In this document: positions 1 through 12,545 of the stretch, in pieces
How the letters are laid out: each line of letters begins with the position of its first letter
Numbering within the stretch: the first letter of the stretch is position 1
NCBI RefSeq assembly: GCF_001194135.2
Contig: NC_068993.1
Location: 64,341,923-64,405,922, forward strand
Reading direction: 5' to 3'
Origin: Octopus bimaculoides
Lineage: Eukaryota
DNA length: 64,000 nt
Translations under genes and position numbers: made by a program
The notes under the pieces: generated by a model
Databases searched by the model: none
Told to the model about the DNA's origin: nothing
The model's input: only the letters and a program-made list of their open reading frames with translations

Positions 1-462
1 TATATATGTGTGTGTGTATATATGTATGTTTATTTTAACTTAAATTTCCGTTGTTTGACATCGAAATTGCAACGAATATATTGAAGGATCTCGGCCTGGT
101 TTTTAAGGTGTCAAAATTCGGTGCCATTGAGATAATTACCTCTGGAAATTATTATATTAGCTTTTGTTTTTCAGTTAAAATATGCAGGGATCTGTTGCAG
201 AAACCACTGATTAAACTGCATTACATTCGCCGTCCATTACAGATCTTCATCTGTCAGATATTTCGCTTTCCTACGAACATCCTGTTATTGTTGTTGCCAT
301 TATTGCTGCTGTGCAGTTATATTTCTTACATTGTTATTATAAGTTCTTTTTTCTTTCATTTTCTATTTTATTTATATATTTATTTATGTATTGTGTTATT
401 ATTTTCCAACCTCGTTCCCGTTGCAACATCTGTTCTTCTGATAGACGCAGGCGTTGCTGCTG

Positions 463-485
463 CCGTTGTTGCTGTTGTTGTTGTT

Positions 486-516
<31 letters not shown>

Positions 517-543
517 CTGTTGTTGCTGTTGTTGTTGTTGCAG
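463..543. repeat. (GTT/GCT)n trinucleotide microsatellite
   Basis: Directly visible; explains the poly-V/poly-C tails of ORFs 51..641 and 311..556. Confidence 0.95.
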
Positions 544-870
544 ACGGTGTGCTTGATTGCTATCATATATCTGCATTGTATACAATTTTCATTATAGATG
601 TAATTCTGATACGCTTGCTTTTATTATTACTGTTCTTATAAAAGACGAAGAGGAGCAGGAACAGTAGGTTGATGAGGATTATGGTGGTGGTGGTGGTGGT
701 GGTGGTGGTTTTCGATGTGATGATGAGGAGCAGGAGTGGGAAGGAGGAAAGAGAAGAGGAGGGGGATACTGAGAATTTTGATAGTGAGGTTCTGCAATAG
801 TGATAAATTATAATGTTGTGGATACCGGTCTTGTTTATTTTAATTCGTTTTATGCACATGTTTATACATG

Positions 871-871
<1 letters not shown>

Positions 872-912
<41 letters not shown>

Positions 913-982
913 TCTCTCTCTCCCTCTTTGTTTCTATATTCATATATATACACATGTATATATATTCTATGTATATACACAC

Positions 983-1026
<44 letters not shown>

Positions 1027-1066
1027 CTAGATACATACATACATACATACATACATACATACATAC
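872..1066. repeat. Compound (CT)n-(TA)n-(TACA)n microsatellite
   Basis: Directly visible. Confidence 0.95.
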
Positions 1067-1111
1067 AAATATATGTATATAGGCATATATGTGTGTCTAC
1101 ATTATTTTAAT

Positions 1112-1402
1112 CTTACTTGTTTTAGCACTGAATTGCGGCCATGCTGGAGCACCGCCTCAAGGGTTTAGTCAAACAGCTAAGCGTCAGTGTTTGTTCTAAG
1201 GGGTCTATGTTTGGCGACATACTCACAAACACAAAGCTGTTAATATTATAGGAAGCGCTGGCAAGCAGTTTTCGTCAATCTGAATCACTCACAAAGCTTT
1301 AATCGGTCCGAGACTAGACAAAAAAAGACTAAGAGGCCACGCAGTTGTCCTGAAACCATGTGCTTATGAAGCAAACCGCTACACAACACCACCATTCCTG
1401 CA
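1112..1402 (-). mobile_element. Degenerate tRNA-derived SINE, family A
   Basis: Tail gcggccatgctgggagcaccgcc matches 9611-9633 and the reverse complement of ~49795-49820. Head remnant tcacaaagctttaatcggtccga...gccacgcag...gaaaccatgtg matches the reverse complement of the 49.5 kb copy. Confidence 0.65.
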
Positions 1403-1939
1403 CATCTCATATGTGTCGGGGGGTGCGTGCGTACGTTTGTGCGTACGTGTGCGTGCCTGCGTGTGTGTGTTCGTGTGATCGCTCGCGCGCGCGCGTGTGT
1501 GTGTGTATGTGTGTGTATAGACATTGTCTGGTGTAATATCATGCTATTTCCGAATATGCATAGTTTCGAAATGTCCTGTACGAAGCCTATCATTAAACAT
1601 TTGTTTTATGTACATTGGTTAATAATAATGAAATGACGTACTACTTTGTGGCGCACAATCAACCATTGTCCGTTCTTAGTCTTCGCCAGCTCGGAAAGAT
1701 CAACGCTACCACGTGACCATTTTAAGTAAGGTCAGATAAACATTTGCTGCGTGAGTTATTCATGTTATTTGTCTTAAATATTTCCTGTGTTTAGCCTCAT
1801 AACCATGTCTCCAAATTGAAAATCCGATGTAATTGATGGTGATACATCAAAGGAATAGGTTACCGCTAAAGACTTAAATTAAAGTGGCAATAAAAAAAAG
1901 GCGATCGGAATGGCGGTGGGGAATGTCAATGAATACGGG

Positions 1940-2415
1940 AAAATAGGCTTTAGTCGGTTACCGATCGGTATTAATATTAAAGGACAAATTTAGAATAATG
2001 GAGCATGTAAAAGGCTCTTCTTCAATGAAAGCCACAATTATCACCAAGCAACGATGTGCTTTAATTACTGAAATAGGACGGATCTTGTGAATTCCTTTGA
2101 GGAGCTAAATTAGCGTTATATGCCTATTAGCCTTGGTTTAGAACAAGAAAAGAACCGAAGGCTTTTCAACCATTTAAAAGCTGCACATGCAGTAAATGGA
2201 TGCGATATAAGGAGGAATTTGTTAAGAGTAGGCTTGGTTCAATCGTTATAAAAGCTGATAAATTTCCCCAATATTAAAGGGCAATAAAACCCGGCAAGTG
2301 CAGAAGTGAGTGATATGAATAAGCTCTCAGAAATAATGAAAAAAATATCGACGAGCATTATTTGCCATAGAAAATATGTAAAGTAGACGAAAATGGGTTG
2401 TTTTGGAATAAACCA
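1940..2415 (+). mobile_element. Tigger/pogo-like transposase remnant (frameshifted, with stops)
   Basis: Motifs in the expected order: MEHVKGSSSMKATIITKQR (from 1998), AWFNRYKS (~2232), ASAEVSD, and VDENGLFWNKP (2383-2415), resembling the pogo (N)xDETGLFWKxxP motif at the first catalytic D. Confidence 0.7.
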
Positions 2416-2964
2416 GTAGCAGTTTTCTGGAGAAAGCTAGGATTTATAGTGAAAATATTTTGACGAAGACATTAACAGAAAAAATTGATATCATTTAAAG
2501 CCAGGATAGCAAAATTCGAGGTACAAATTCCTTATGCAGAGATTATGTTACCAAAGTTTTGCAGGTAGTTTCTGATGATCTCAGCTGCAAAAAAAAAAAA
2601 AAAAAAAAACCCCACTTAAATCAAAAATTTTGTTGAAGATTCTTCTGATATTTATGTTTATTTCAATAAATTGACTACAGAAATAAACCACTCACAGAGA
2701 AATCTTTTATTATCCAGCACCTCCAAATTCTCTGTCACCCCTAAACCTATCATCTCCAGCACCGAGTCTATTCTCTCCAAATCTAAGACCATCGTATTAA
2801 ACTTAAAGAGAAATCAATCTCAGGTAGAGATGACATTAATGAGATCACGAATGGCAACGAAAGAACCATAACAAACTTAACTGATTGATTAATTGACCAA
2901 ATGAGTGCTCACGCAGTCGCTCAGTTAATTGGTTAAATTGATAATGAGTTGGTTAATAATAACT

Positions 2965-3110
2965 TTTTCAATTCGAGGAACAAGACTTGAAATTTTGGAG
3001 TAGGAGGGAATCGATTACATCAACCCCATTGCTCAACACATATTTATATCATCGACGCCAAAAGGATGAAAGGCAAAGTCGACCACAACAAAATTTGAAC
3101 TCAGAACACA
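2965..3110 (-). mobile_element. SINE family B fragment
   Basis: atcgattacatcaacccc...aaaggatgaaaggcaaagtcgacc...atttgaactcagaac is shared with the copies at 55829, 58112 and 63630. The reversed gagttcaaat is a B-box. Confidence 0.7.
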
Positions 3111-4909
3111 AAGACAAACCTAGAAAACCCAGCTCCCAAGATACTAGATCCGTTTTAGCAAGAGTTCACATCAAAATCTTGCAAACTAAATACAGGGATG
3201 TATGTGCGCGTGCGCATGCTTATACACACACATTAACTCACACACATACGCATACACACACACATACATACATACATACATACATGCATAGACACGCACG
3301 CACACACACACAGATACACAAACACATACATACAAATAAAACGTATGTATATGTATGCACCCTTTTAGGTGGAGAAAGTAGATACGAATTGTGTAAAAAG
3401 AATCGAGTGACATTAAGAAATCATTCTGTGTAGTTTAGGTTATTTATTTAATTGAAAGCTGAAATTACAGAGAGCAACTATTAGTATCACATTCTACCGA
3501 TTTCCAATTAATCAGTTTCATAGATGTTTATGCATAGTTTTATATAATATCAATAAGCAGATAAGAAATGTATAACTTTTTGATAGAGACAAAATGCTTG
3601 AAATTGTATATATGGCGGCGTGTCTTATCAATGTTTACTCAAGGTATCAGAAGAAATATTTTATTTCTTCGAAATAAACAAACTACAGTTTCTGTTTCAA
3701 AAATGCCGTCATCTCTAACATGCAGATACCGTTGTAAATGTGTTATTGCAAAAAACAGCGAGTGATCTCCGGTACACTAGTCACCTAGCCTGGCATGATT
3801 ACAACTCATTCGTGAAACCTTCATCTCAGTTTCACCAAAGACGGTCTTACAACAGGAATCAAGTGTACTCAATCACCTTGTTTGTTTTTTGAAAAGGTTG
3901 CTGATCTTAAATATGAGTGAATTAACAGGTTTGGTTCTAGAATATGTGTGCTCTCCCAAATGCTTAATTCATGTTTTTTTTTTTTTGTGGGCTTGTCATC
4001 TCCGTAATCGAGACCGACATAGTTTACATGAGACAGAAAACCACAGCGTCTAATATTCTTTTTAATAACATTATTTACTGCAATGAAATGGAGGAAATAT
4101 TCCGCTCTGTAACAACCCGTGAACAGGTATTGCGCCAACTGTTGAGAAAGGACTGCAAAAGGCGCTTCTGCATATGACGCACATGTGGTAGTGAGGTAGA
4201 CAAACAGTCACACTTGAAACAAAAGAAATATATATTGTTTAGACACTTAATATTCGTAAATTAAACCGATGTAGATGGAAATAATTTAAGAATATCAGGT
4301 GTCTAAAACAATAATTTGGAGGAATATATTTTGCAGCAGGTGAAAGTCAAAACAAAAAGAGACCATCATTACAAATTAACATATCGGCAAACCTGTCAGA
4401 GACGTGCACATCCTCCGTCGTAGCGTCCTAAATTCAGATTTTTAACTGAAACTCAACCATTGAATAATTCGAATACGAGAAACCCAGAATTATAATTCAG
4501 GAAGGCTCGGTTTCAAATAAATATCATACGAGACACTACTTTTTGTATTCATTTTCCCTCGGTTTGCATTCATATCTCTCCAGTTATCTATTTCTAAACT
4601 ATATTCGCTAAATATACCTGTATATTCTATTGGAATCCCAGCATGTGGCTGCATCAATTTCTTCTGCCAACAAAAGAATTATATAATATCAGAAACGTAT
4701 TACCAATCATGAATTTCTACTGATAGCTGGCTTTACTATTATTAAATGGAAAATCTTCAAGCTACAACACTGCTTTAGCTTAGCTTTCAAATACATCAAA
4801 CTGATGTGGTATATTCTCTTCTCTGCATTAATGAATAGCACACAACCAGAGCCGATGGGAATCATTTCTTTTTTTTTATGACAATATGTTTTAAATATTT
4901 GTGACTCAC

Positions 4910-4967
4910 CTGAGTAAATGTGCAATGAAACGCTTTGCGAACTATCACTGACAAGCATTCGTTTCTT
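4910..4967 (-). CDS. Possible internal exon, product unknown
   Basis: Perfect donor CAG|GTGAGT and acceptor ttttgccttgcag. Two frames are open (KKRMLVSDSSQSVSLHIYS or RNECLSVIVRKAFHCTFTQ). No homology recognised. Confidence 0.15.
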
Positions 4968-5779
4968 CTGCAAGGCAAAAGTGTCCTCATCGACATTTGA
5001 GTTTAGAAAGTAACGAACCAGACCAAATACACATATATTTATTCGACTCTGCGACGATTCTTGTACATGTTATATAATGAGATAAACGTTCAGGGTTGTT
5101 GAAGTTTTAGGTGAATAATAGAAAATTCAGATTGTTTGGAATCCAATTTAGGATACGATATATAGAGAATACATCTACGACATACTATAAGATAAATTTA
5201 GCATAAAGTAAAGTCTAAAGCCATTTCATGCAGGAGGATGAAACTCATTCTTGGTAGAATTTGAACAGAGAATAAAAGGCAAAATTAATACTGCAAGGCT
5301 GTTCGTTGGACGCCCAGTAGAATCTGTTAATTCAGTACTCTCACTACTTTGAATATTCAGGATAATCAACCATTGCCTCGAAGTGCAGAGGACTAGAGAG
5401 CCTGAAGCATCTGTTTAGTTAAAAGGGTTGATTACATTCTGACACCAGTTCAAAGGCTACATGAGAGAGTCTGCAGATGAAAGAAACAGTAATTTCATTC
5501 AAACCATTTTTCTTTCTTCTTGATGATCTGAAGCGGTACTTGAGAAATACTCATGGCACAAAGGGGCAAGTTAGACCTGGTCTAACCATTCTCACAATAA
5601 TTGGACAATAATCTGGATAATAATCGGGATAAGTGTTCATATTTTCTGTGAAACGAGGAAAGATTTTTGCACAATCAAAAGTGAATATGGATAAAAAAAA
5701 TGAGCTGTCAATATCCCTTATCACCTCTGCTTTCTATTACAAGAAGCTCGTAATTGACGAGAATATTCCACATGCTTCT

Positions 5780-6240
5780 AGTCTGAGAAAAGCAAGACTG
5801 TCAAAAGAATACTTCAGCAGACTTCGTAAAATCTGGAAGACAGCTGTCTACATTCAATAAAACTATATCTCACAATGCAATCATAGTGCCATTGTAAGTA
5901 CCAACATTTGGGTTACTACTCTGGACACATAAAGGAGCCTGTAATTTGGACGTCAAGGCCAGGAAGATGTGAATGCCTTTTCAGAATCGAGAAAAAGAAG
6001 AGCAGCTATGGAGAACAGGTAAGAAACTTAGAGATCCTGCATCTATGTTACATATTTTTGTTTCTTTCTATTATTGTAGGTGCACTGGGCTAACGACTAA
6101 TTTCTTTAGAAAGCTCGAAATTCTTCGGATCTCCAAAACCTAAAAATGCTTCAGATCTCCAATAGAGCAGAGTGATTCGCATTATCCAGATTCATACCAT
6201 AAGAGGAACAGGGAAAATATCTAAAGCATTTCAAAAATAC
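5780..6240 (+). mobile_element. R4/Dong-like non-LTR retrotransposon remnant, internally deleted
   Basis: KEYFSRLRKIWKT, AIIVP..PTFGLLLWT...LDVKARKM (post-RT region), then IIVGALG and IRGTGKISKAFQK (REL C-terminus) in different frames. Confidence 0.6.
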
Positions 6241-6567
6241 CTCCTTTGAAGTTCCTGCGTGATGTGCTCACAATTACGCAACCACGTACATTTAGGCACA
6301 TACACATAAGCAGTAATGCAACATACACACTTGTGCGCTATTATGCACCTACGAGGGAAAAGTTTATACACACACATACATACACACACACATACGTACA
6401 CACACACATACATACACACACACATACATACACAGACACATAAACACACACATATAATTTGCAAATGAACGCGAGAGTTGTACTTAAGAAAGTAATCCAC
6501 AGATAGGTGTAGATTGCAATGACAAATGATTTCTTCCTGTTTTTTTTTTTTAATTATTTGGTGCCAG

Positions 6568-6644
6568 GTGAAGCTTTGGCATTGACGCTTTCCAAAACAT
6601 TCAGCTCTTCTGACGTTGATGTAGTTGATTCCCAACCATTCCAG
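6568..6644 (+). CDS. Possible exon (G)EALALTLSKTFSSSDVDVVDSQPFQ
   Basis: T-rich acceptor ...ttatttggtgccag and donor CAG|GTAAAT around an open frame. No homology recognised. Confidence 0.2.
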
Positions 6645-6709
6645 GTAAATTCCAGCAGCATGAATGGAAACCAAAATAGCAGCTGGGACTCTACTTCGAA
6701 TGTTTGCAA

Positions 6710-6820
6710 AGTGAAACTTGGTATGCTGCACGCGCAATGACGAGATCGTGGGTTCAAATCCCAGAGTGGGCAGCATCCTGTATTCTTGAACAAAATACTT
6801 TATTTTACGTGGCTCCTGTA
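6710..6820 (+). mobile_element. tRNA-like SINE head fragment
   Basis: B-box gggttcaaatccc followed by tgtattcttgaacaaaatacttt, similar to the SINE heads at 15375 and 41190. Confidence 0.5.
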
Positions 6821-7616
6821 CTGTGTGAGGACCGACATCTCAAATATTGGACCCAACACTTCAACTGTATGATGTGCAAAGCGACTAGAAGTGGTTGAGC
6901 TAGGATTTGCAATCCAACCTCGTACAATTCTTATCAGGTAAGAAGACCCAAACAGATCCATGGGGTGCAAAGGCGTCATAAGATATTAGCAACAAACAGT
7001 GGATGCAATGACAGCGCATGTCCCCGTACTACTACTACTACTACCCCCCCCAAACCACCACCACCACTGCTGCTGCTGCTGCTGCAACTACACAAAGAAA
7101 ATGGTAAGCGTAGAGTTACAGCAGGTGGCATATAATCCCTTCTATTTAGCTCTATCATCCTTTCAGGATACCTGTCACCAACAAGGGTGCAGTATAATAC
7201 GATTGATGCTTCGAGTACTCACATGATACCCGAGCAAAACATGGATCATTTACTTCATAACCTGCAAAGCGTAGAAATAGAGATACCATGTCTAAACTAA
7301 TGAAAAGATAGCAATTCTTAGTTCATACTTCTTTAAATGATACACCATGCCTGCCACGATTTGAAATTCAATACCTTTATTTTCTAGCATTTAAGAAAAG
7401 CAACTATAAATTTCACTCTCATAAAAAATTTTTTAATTCCCTTTTAAAAAGTTTATTTCGTAGCAGTTTATAGTTTTATTTCACTCATATTTCCATATTT
7501 CTCTACATTACCTCATTAGACGTTTTCATGCACCAAATTCTTTATCATGTATACACACCACACAAACACGCACATATGTGTGTGTGTCAGTTCATATGTC
7601 AGACACATTTGTATAC

Positions 7617-7670
<54 letters not shown>

Positions 7671-8318
7671 GTATATATATATATATATATTGATATATTA
7701 TTATATGGCTAATATTTGTGTTTATATGTGATTGTGTAAACGTGTGTGTGTATGTATGCATGTATGTATAAATGTATGTATGCATGTATGTATGTACATA
7801 TGTATGTATACACTCATATATGTACAGTGTTTATAATTCCCATCGATTTTATAAGTATTACTATTTCATTTTTACTACTTTAGTATTTAATGGAAGAAGA
7901 CTGACAGAAAATCGCTATTTCGTTTGTAAAATGATTCGCTTGCACAAAAGACATGACAAGCACTTAATCATGTTCAAATTACCCAAAATACATTTCACCG
8001 AAATCTAACTTTGCATAAATATTCCAAATGTCATTCTTTTTGGTTTTTTTTAGTCTTCTAAATACTTTCTATGGTTGTTTTATTTCTATTTTATATTTCT
8101 TCCTTATTTTTTTTTACTCTCTTTACTTTGTGTAGCAAGAGAAGCATTAAATTGCTAAGTGCATTCAATAAATTAATATAAATTACTTGCTTACATAAAC
8201 ACAGGACCTTGGCTCTATCAGAAGATGAAAGAGGACTGAGATGTTGTGATGTTCACAGCTTTACGTGTACTGCAAGGATGGCCCATGCAATGCATCCCTG
8301 TACATAAAAATCGTACGC

Positions 8319-8363
<45 letters not shown>

Positions 8364-8433
8364 CGTGTGTGTGTGTCTCTGTGTATGTGNNNNNNNNNNG
8401 TGTGTGTGTGTGCGTGCGTGTGTGTGTGTCTCT

Positions 8434-8480
<47 letters not shown>

Positions 8481-9364
8481 TGCGTGTGTTTATTTATGTG
8501 GCTGCTTGATTCTACAATAGTGTCCCACCTCATCAGATGCTCAAAGAATGTGAAGAGATTTTGAGCGAACATTTTAAATAGTCTCAAGGTATTCGGCTTC
8601 CTATGGTTTATTCTGTTCACTGTTAGGTCCAAGTTTTGCAGGAAGACCGTTGTAATACTTTTGTCGCTATTCCGTAGAACTGTATATATAGCGACACCAG
8701 TTCTTTCCATTCCATTATGTGGTGCATGCAAGACGTTGGCACCACTCCCTCAATTAGTGAACATTCTTCTGTAGCGTGTAAAAACTTAGCCATTAAACTT
8801 TTCACACGGAGTAACCGATTCGGCAGTGTCAGATTACAAATGGGTTCCCGCGGCAACATAAATTCGGTTCACTGTTTTTGTTTGTGGTCCAGAAGGGCTT
8901 AGCTTGGCGTAGTCGGGTTTTCATTAACCAGAGGCTTCAAAGTCATTAACAGTGCGCTCGTCTATTGGCAGCAAAACTATGATAGCTTCAAGATGCTAAA
9001 CTACGGGCTGTTTCTCGGAGGCGGAGTTGGCAATAAAGAGTTCAAATGAGTAAGGATGGACTATGCAAAGAATGTTCCATGTCACGCTGTAATAGTCTCT
9101 AGATAGACCCAGTGTCTCTAGATGAAGTGAGTTAGAAATTTATTCCCTTCAAATTCGAAATTTCTTGCAACGAATGCTTTTAAATATGGTAAGCAATTCG
9201 CCATGGGTTTCAATATGACTTTTACAACCAACCAAAGAGTTACTGGAAAAAAACTTGGATCTCCAGATACGCAAGTGCTATATTTGAAAAAAAAAACACT
9301 CGACGAGGAATCATTGATATTCATAGTCACTTATAACACTCCTGTTGTTATTGCAAATATAGTC

Positions 9365-9582
9365 AATGGCATCAGCAGAGAGATCTCAAAACAGTCAGCA
9401 AAGAGATCAACATGGATGCCCCCCCTCCCTATCACAAAGGATCTTACCAGCAAGTAAATGCAGAATATGTGGAGATGGAGACGAAATAAATCATATGACA
9501 ATATTTCTCTGAAAGAAAAGGAGAAACTTTCAAAATACAAAGATCTGGAAATGGAGACAACTCGAACATGGAGCGAATTAGG
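9365..9582 (+). mobile_element. R4/Dong-like LINE fragment (zinc finger joined to REL domain)
   Basis: SKCRICGDGDEINH followed immediately, in another frame, by DNISLKEKEKLSKYKDLEMETTRTWS. Confidence 0.75.
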
Positions 9583-9584
9583 TA

Positions 9585-9790
9585 TTCTTTCGTTCGTTTC
9601 ACTCATTTGACTGCGGCCATGCTGGAGCACCGCCTTTAGTCGAGCAAATAGACCCCAGGACTTACTCTTTCTAAGCCCAGTACTTATTCTATCTATCTCT
9701 TTTGCGGAACCGCTACGTTACCGGGGCGTAAACGCACCAACATCGGTTTTCAAGTGATGTTAGAGCTACAAACACAGACACACAAACACA
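9585..9790 (-). mobile_element. SINE family A, 3' half
   Basis: catttgactgcggccatgctggagcaccgcctttagtcgagcaaat...acaaacacagacacac is the reverse complement of the 49640-49855 body. Confidence 0.8.
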
Positions 9791-9803
9791 CACACGTACA
9801 TAC

Positions 9804-9849
<46 letters not shown>

Positions 9850-10515
9850 ACAACGACGACTACAGCGACGATGACGATGACGATGACAACGATGATTATG
9901 ACGACGATGACGACGATGACGATGGCGGCGATAATCGCTGTCTAAATAATTCCTGGTTGAACATCTTAATGTCAGTTGCACATGTTTCTCTAATTCCATA
10001 ACATTAATTACAATTAATAGTTTGATTACAACAAAGCGATTGCTGTAATACATTGGAAACCAGGCTTGATCGGCTGCCAAAATCGTTTATATCGGAAAAG
10101 AGTCTGCATTTGAATGTACCATATCTCAAAATATTCTGCCAAAGCCAGTCCAAGGAATACATGAATATATTCCAATATTAAACAACAATATTCTGTGGAA
10201 ACGGTGTTTGTACAAGACGTAGACTATGAAAATGAAATTGATTTTTTCCTCTTTATAATAGACAATAGCATTTCAGTGGAACTCTTAAATAATGTTTTGT
10301 TTTAAACATTAAATAAACAAATAAAATTTTTACAAAAACTCTACCATATATCTTTTTTCTTGTTCGATAAACAGCGGGGAGAAAGCGACTAGCAAAACAT
10401 TTACAAAGCAATAAATAACATGTTTTTAAAAGTAGTTACAACTTAGAAGACCTGGCAGAACGTCAAACTCAATATACAGTACTAAACAGAAAAGGAACTT
10501 GCATATCGTTGCTTC

Positions 10516-10535
10516 GTCTGCTAGAAATAGCAGCC
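10516..10535 (+). repeat. Dispersed repeat motif gtctgctagaaatagcagcc (probable SINE tail)
   Basis: Recurs at 54567-54586 and, reversed, at 34976-34992 and ~15055-15080. Confidence 0.5.
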
Positions 10536-12245
10536 ACGTTTCCGTCAATAATTCATTCCATTCCTAAAAACATGAAAGGAGACAGGGAACTATATAAGTA
10601 TACCGTATTTATGGAAATAAAACGTGCTTCTTCGCGGTTGATCTATTAATAAAATGCTGGTTTACGGTTAATCTGCAGCAATAGCAACAGTAACAATAAT
10701 TACATTTTATTATTCCGCATCATCGCTGTATATTGCGAGCAGAAACCTTGATGTTGTTAACTTTGGTTTTTTTAAATATGTAGGTATACTATTTTCACAC
10801 GCACGTGCATCACTTGAAAGTGATATTTGCATTAAAACACAACGAAAAGCTTTCAACGGAGAAAATAAGAACAACAATTTTGCTTGGGAAAAGGATGACG
10901 TTGTGAAAATATGTCACTAAACTGTTTCTTTATCTCAGAAATTTTATGTAAATGCTAGAAGGCAGGAGAGTAACTTATATTGACTTTTTGAAACAGGAGT
11001 GGATTGTTTTAATTGCTTTTACAACATTATTTCCAAGAGCGAGCAAGAGAGGAAATGGCAGGCCCAGTTTGTGGCAACATAAACCAAAATGTCCGTCGAA
11101 GGCAAGCGTAGTAAAAGCAGGCAGATGGCTCATTGCCACATTTGTGGTACGGTACATGAAGCCGGTAATTGAAGAGGCAATAAAAAATGCTATGTACTCA
11201 AGATGGAATCCGTATGGACTTACAGGTTCTAATAATTCCTGAACATCGTATAGCCACTTCAGAGATATATTCCGTTAATTACCATGCAAGTTTCGGGACT
11301 TTTGTCAATGGTAAATGAAAAGCAAGCGAAAGTGTAAAAGAAATTGAATGTACAGGAGAAAATTCAGTAAAACTTGCACAAAAGAATAAAGTGTTCGAAC
11401 AAATATAAATATCAATAAATTTCACCGTAGTAGAAAAAAGTGCAACTTCAAATGTTAGATGAATTTCATAAAAATGACACATGATTGAGAGTTAAATTGA
11501 TTTCAAATCAATAAGTCTCATTCTTTTATTCTTTTTGCTTCTCCTTCTCATTCTTCTTCCTCCTTAGTCTTCAAATTATCCATTGGGTTGAGTAACAATT
11601 ATTATAACAAAAACAATAACACAAATAATAATTATAGGAGAAAGATCATAGAACCAGTGCCATGTGACTATGAACTACAACCGTGGTGTATGTTGTCAGC
11701 ATCGCTTGAATTTCACTACTGTCTTTTAGCAGATGCCATTCTAGAGATGTTACCAATATAAAACCAAAGTATAACAGAGAGAGAATTGTGCCAATATAAA
11801 GAACTTTTAAATTGCTATTCGCTATAATATTTTACAACCTAACACATTTGATTGAAATTGCTATCTTTCGTCGCTATGAGACATCAATTGATCTCTGTCT
11901 CAGATTTGTCATCCTGGGACAAAACAAATTTTATCACTCTCCAACGCTAATTGGCTAATTTCAGAATAACATGACTTATTCCTCAAAGCTGTATTTTACA
12001 CAGATTCACCAATGTCAATATCTGAAAGGAAAAAAACGAATTTCTTGGCATTAAAACTTACCGGATTTACGAAAGAGATGTGTGTATGGATTGTGGTGGA
12101 AAATTCTAGAAGAAATGTTTGAAGAAATGTCATCTGTCCAGTTGCATATGTCACAATGGTGCAAAGAAACAGAGAATTATCCTGGCAACATCAGAAGGTG
12201 CATGCATATACATATATATACATACATTGAGAACCACACCGCAAA

Positions 12246-12545
12246 ATTGCACACGATGATAAGATCATAATTTTGGGCGATTTTGATGCTGGAGTTAGTA
12301 AAGATCATGAGACATTGGGTGTGATTGGAAGACGTAGAGTGGGAAATTGTAAAAACAATGGATTACTTTTGTTACTGATGTGTTCTGAGCTGAATCTATT
12401 CATTATGATGCACCCTGGTTGGAAACAATGGCACCTGATAGATTATATGACAACTAGAAAGCGAGATAAGAGAGATTTCTGTATAGTGCGGGTCATGCGG
12501 GGAGCAGAATGTTGGACAGATCATCGCTTGGTTTGTGGGAAGATC
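12246..12545 (+). mobile_element. RTE-clade LINE apurinic-type endonuclease fragment
   Basis: Open frame DDKIIILGDFDA..GVIG..VGNC.NNGLLLL..C.E....MHPGWKQWHLIDY...RKRD...VRVMRGAECWTDHRLV contains the GDFN, WHLIDY and (S/T)DH motifs of RTE endonucleases. Confidence 0.85.

Noticed and set aside
51-1082. Long ORFs near the window start
   Set aside because: Their length comes from (GTT)n, (CT)n and (TA)n tracts that lack stops; no recognisable domain.
2681-2823. Candidate exon EINHSQRNLLL...RNQSQ
   Set aside because: Weak donor (GTAGAG), phase does not match the next candidate exon, and no homology recognised.
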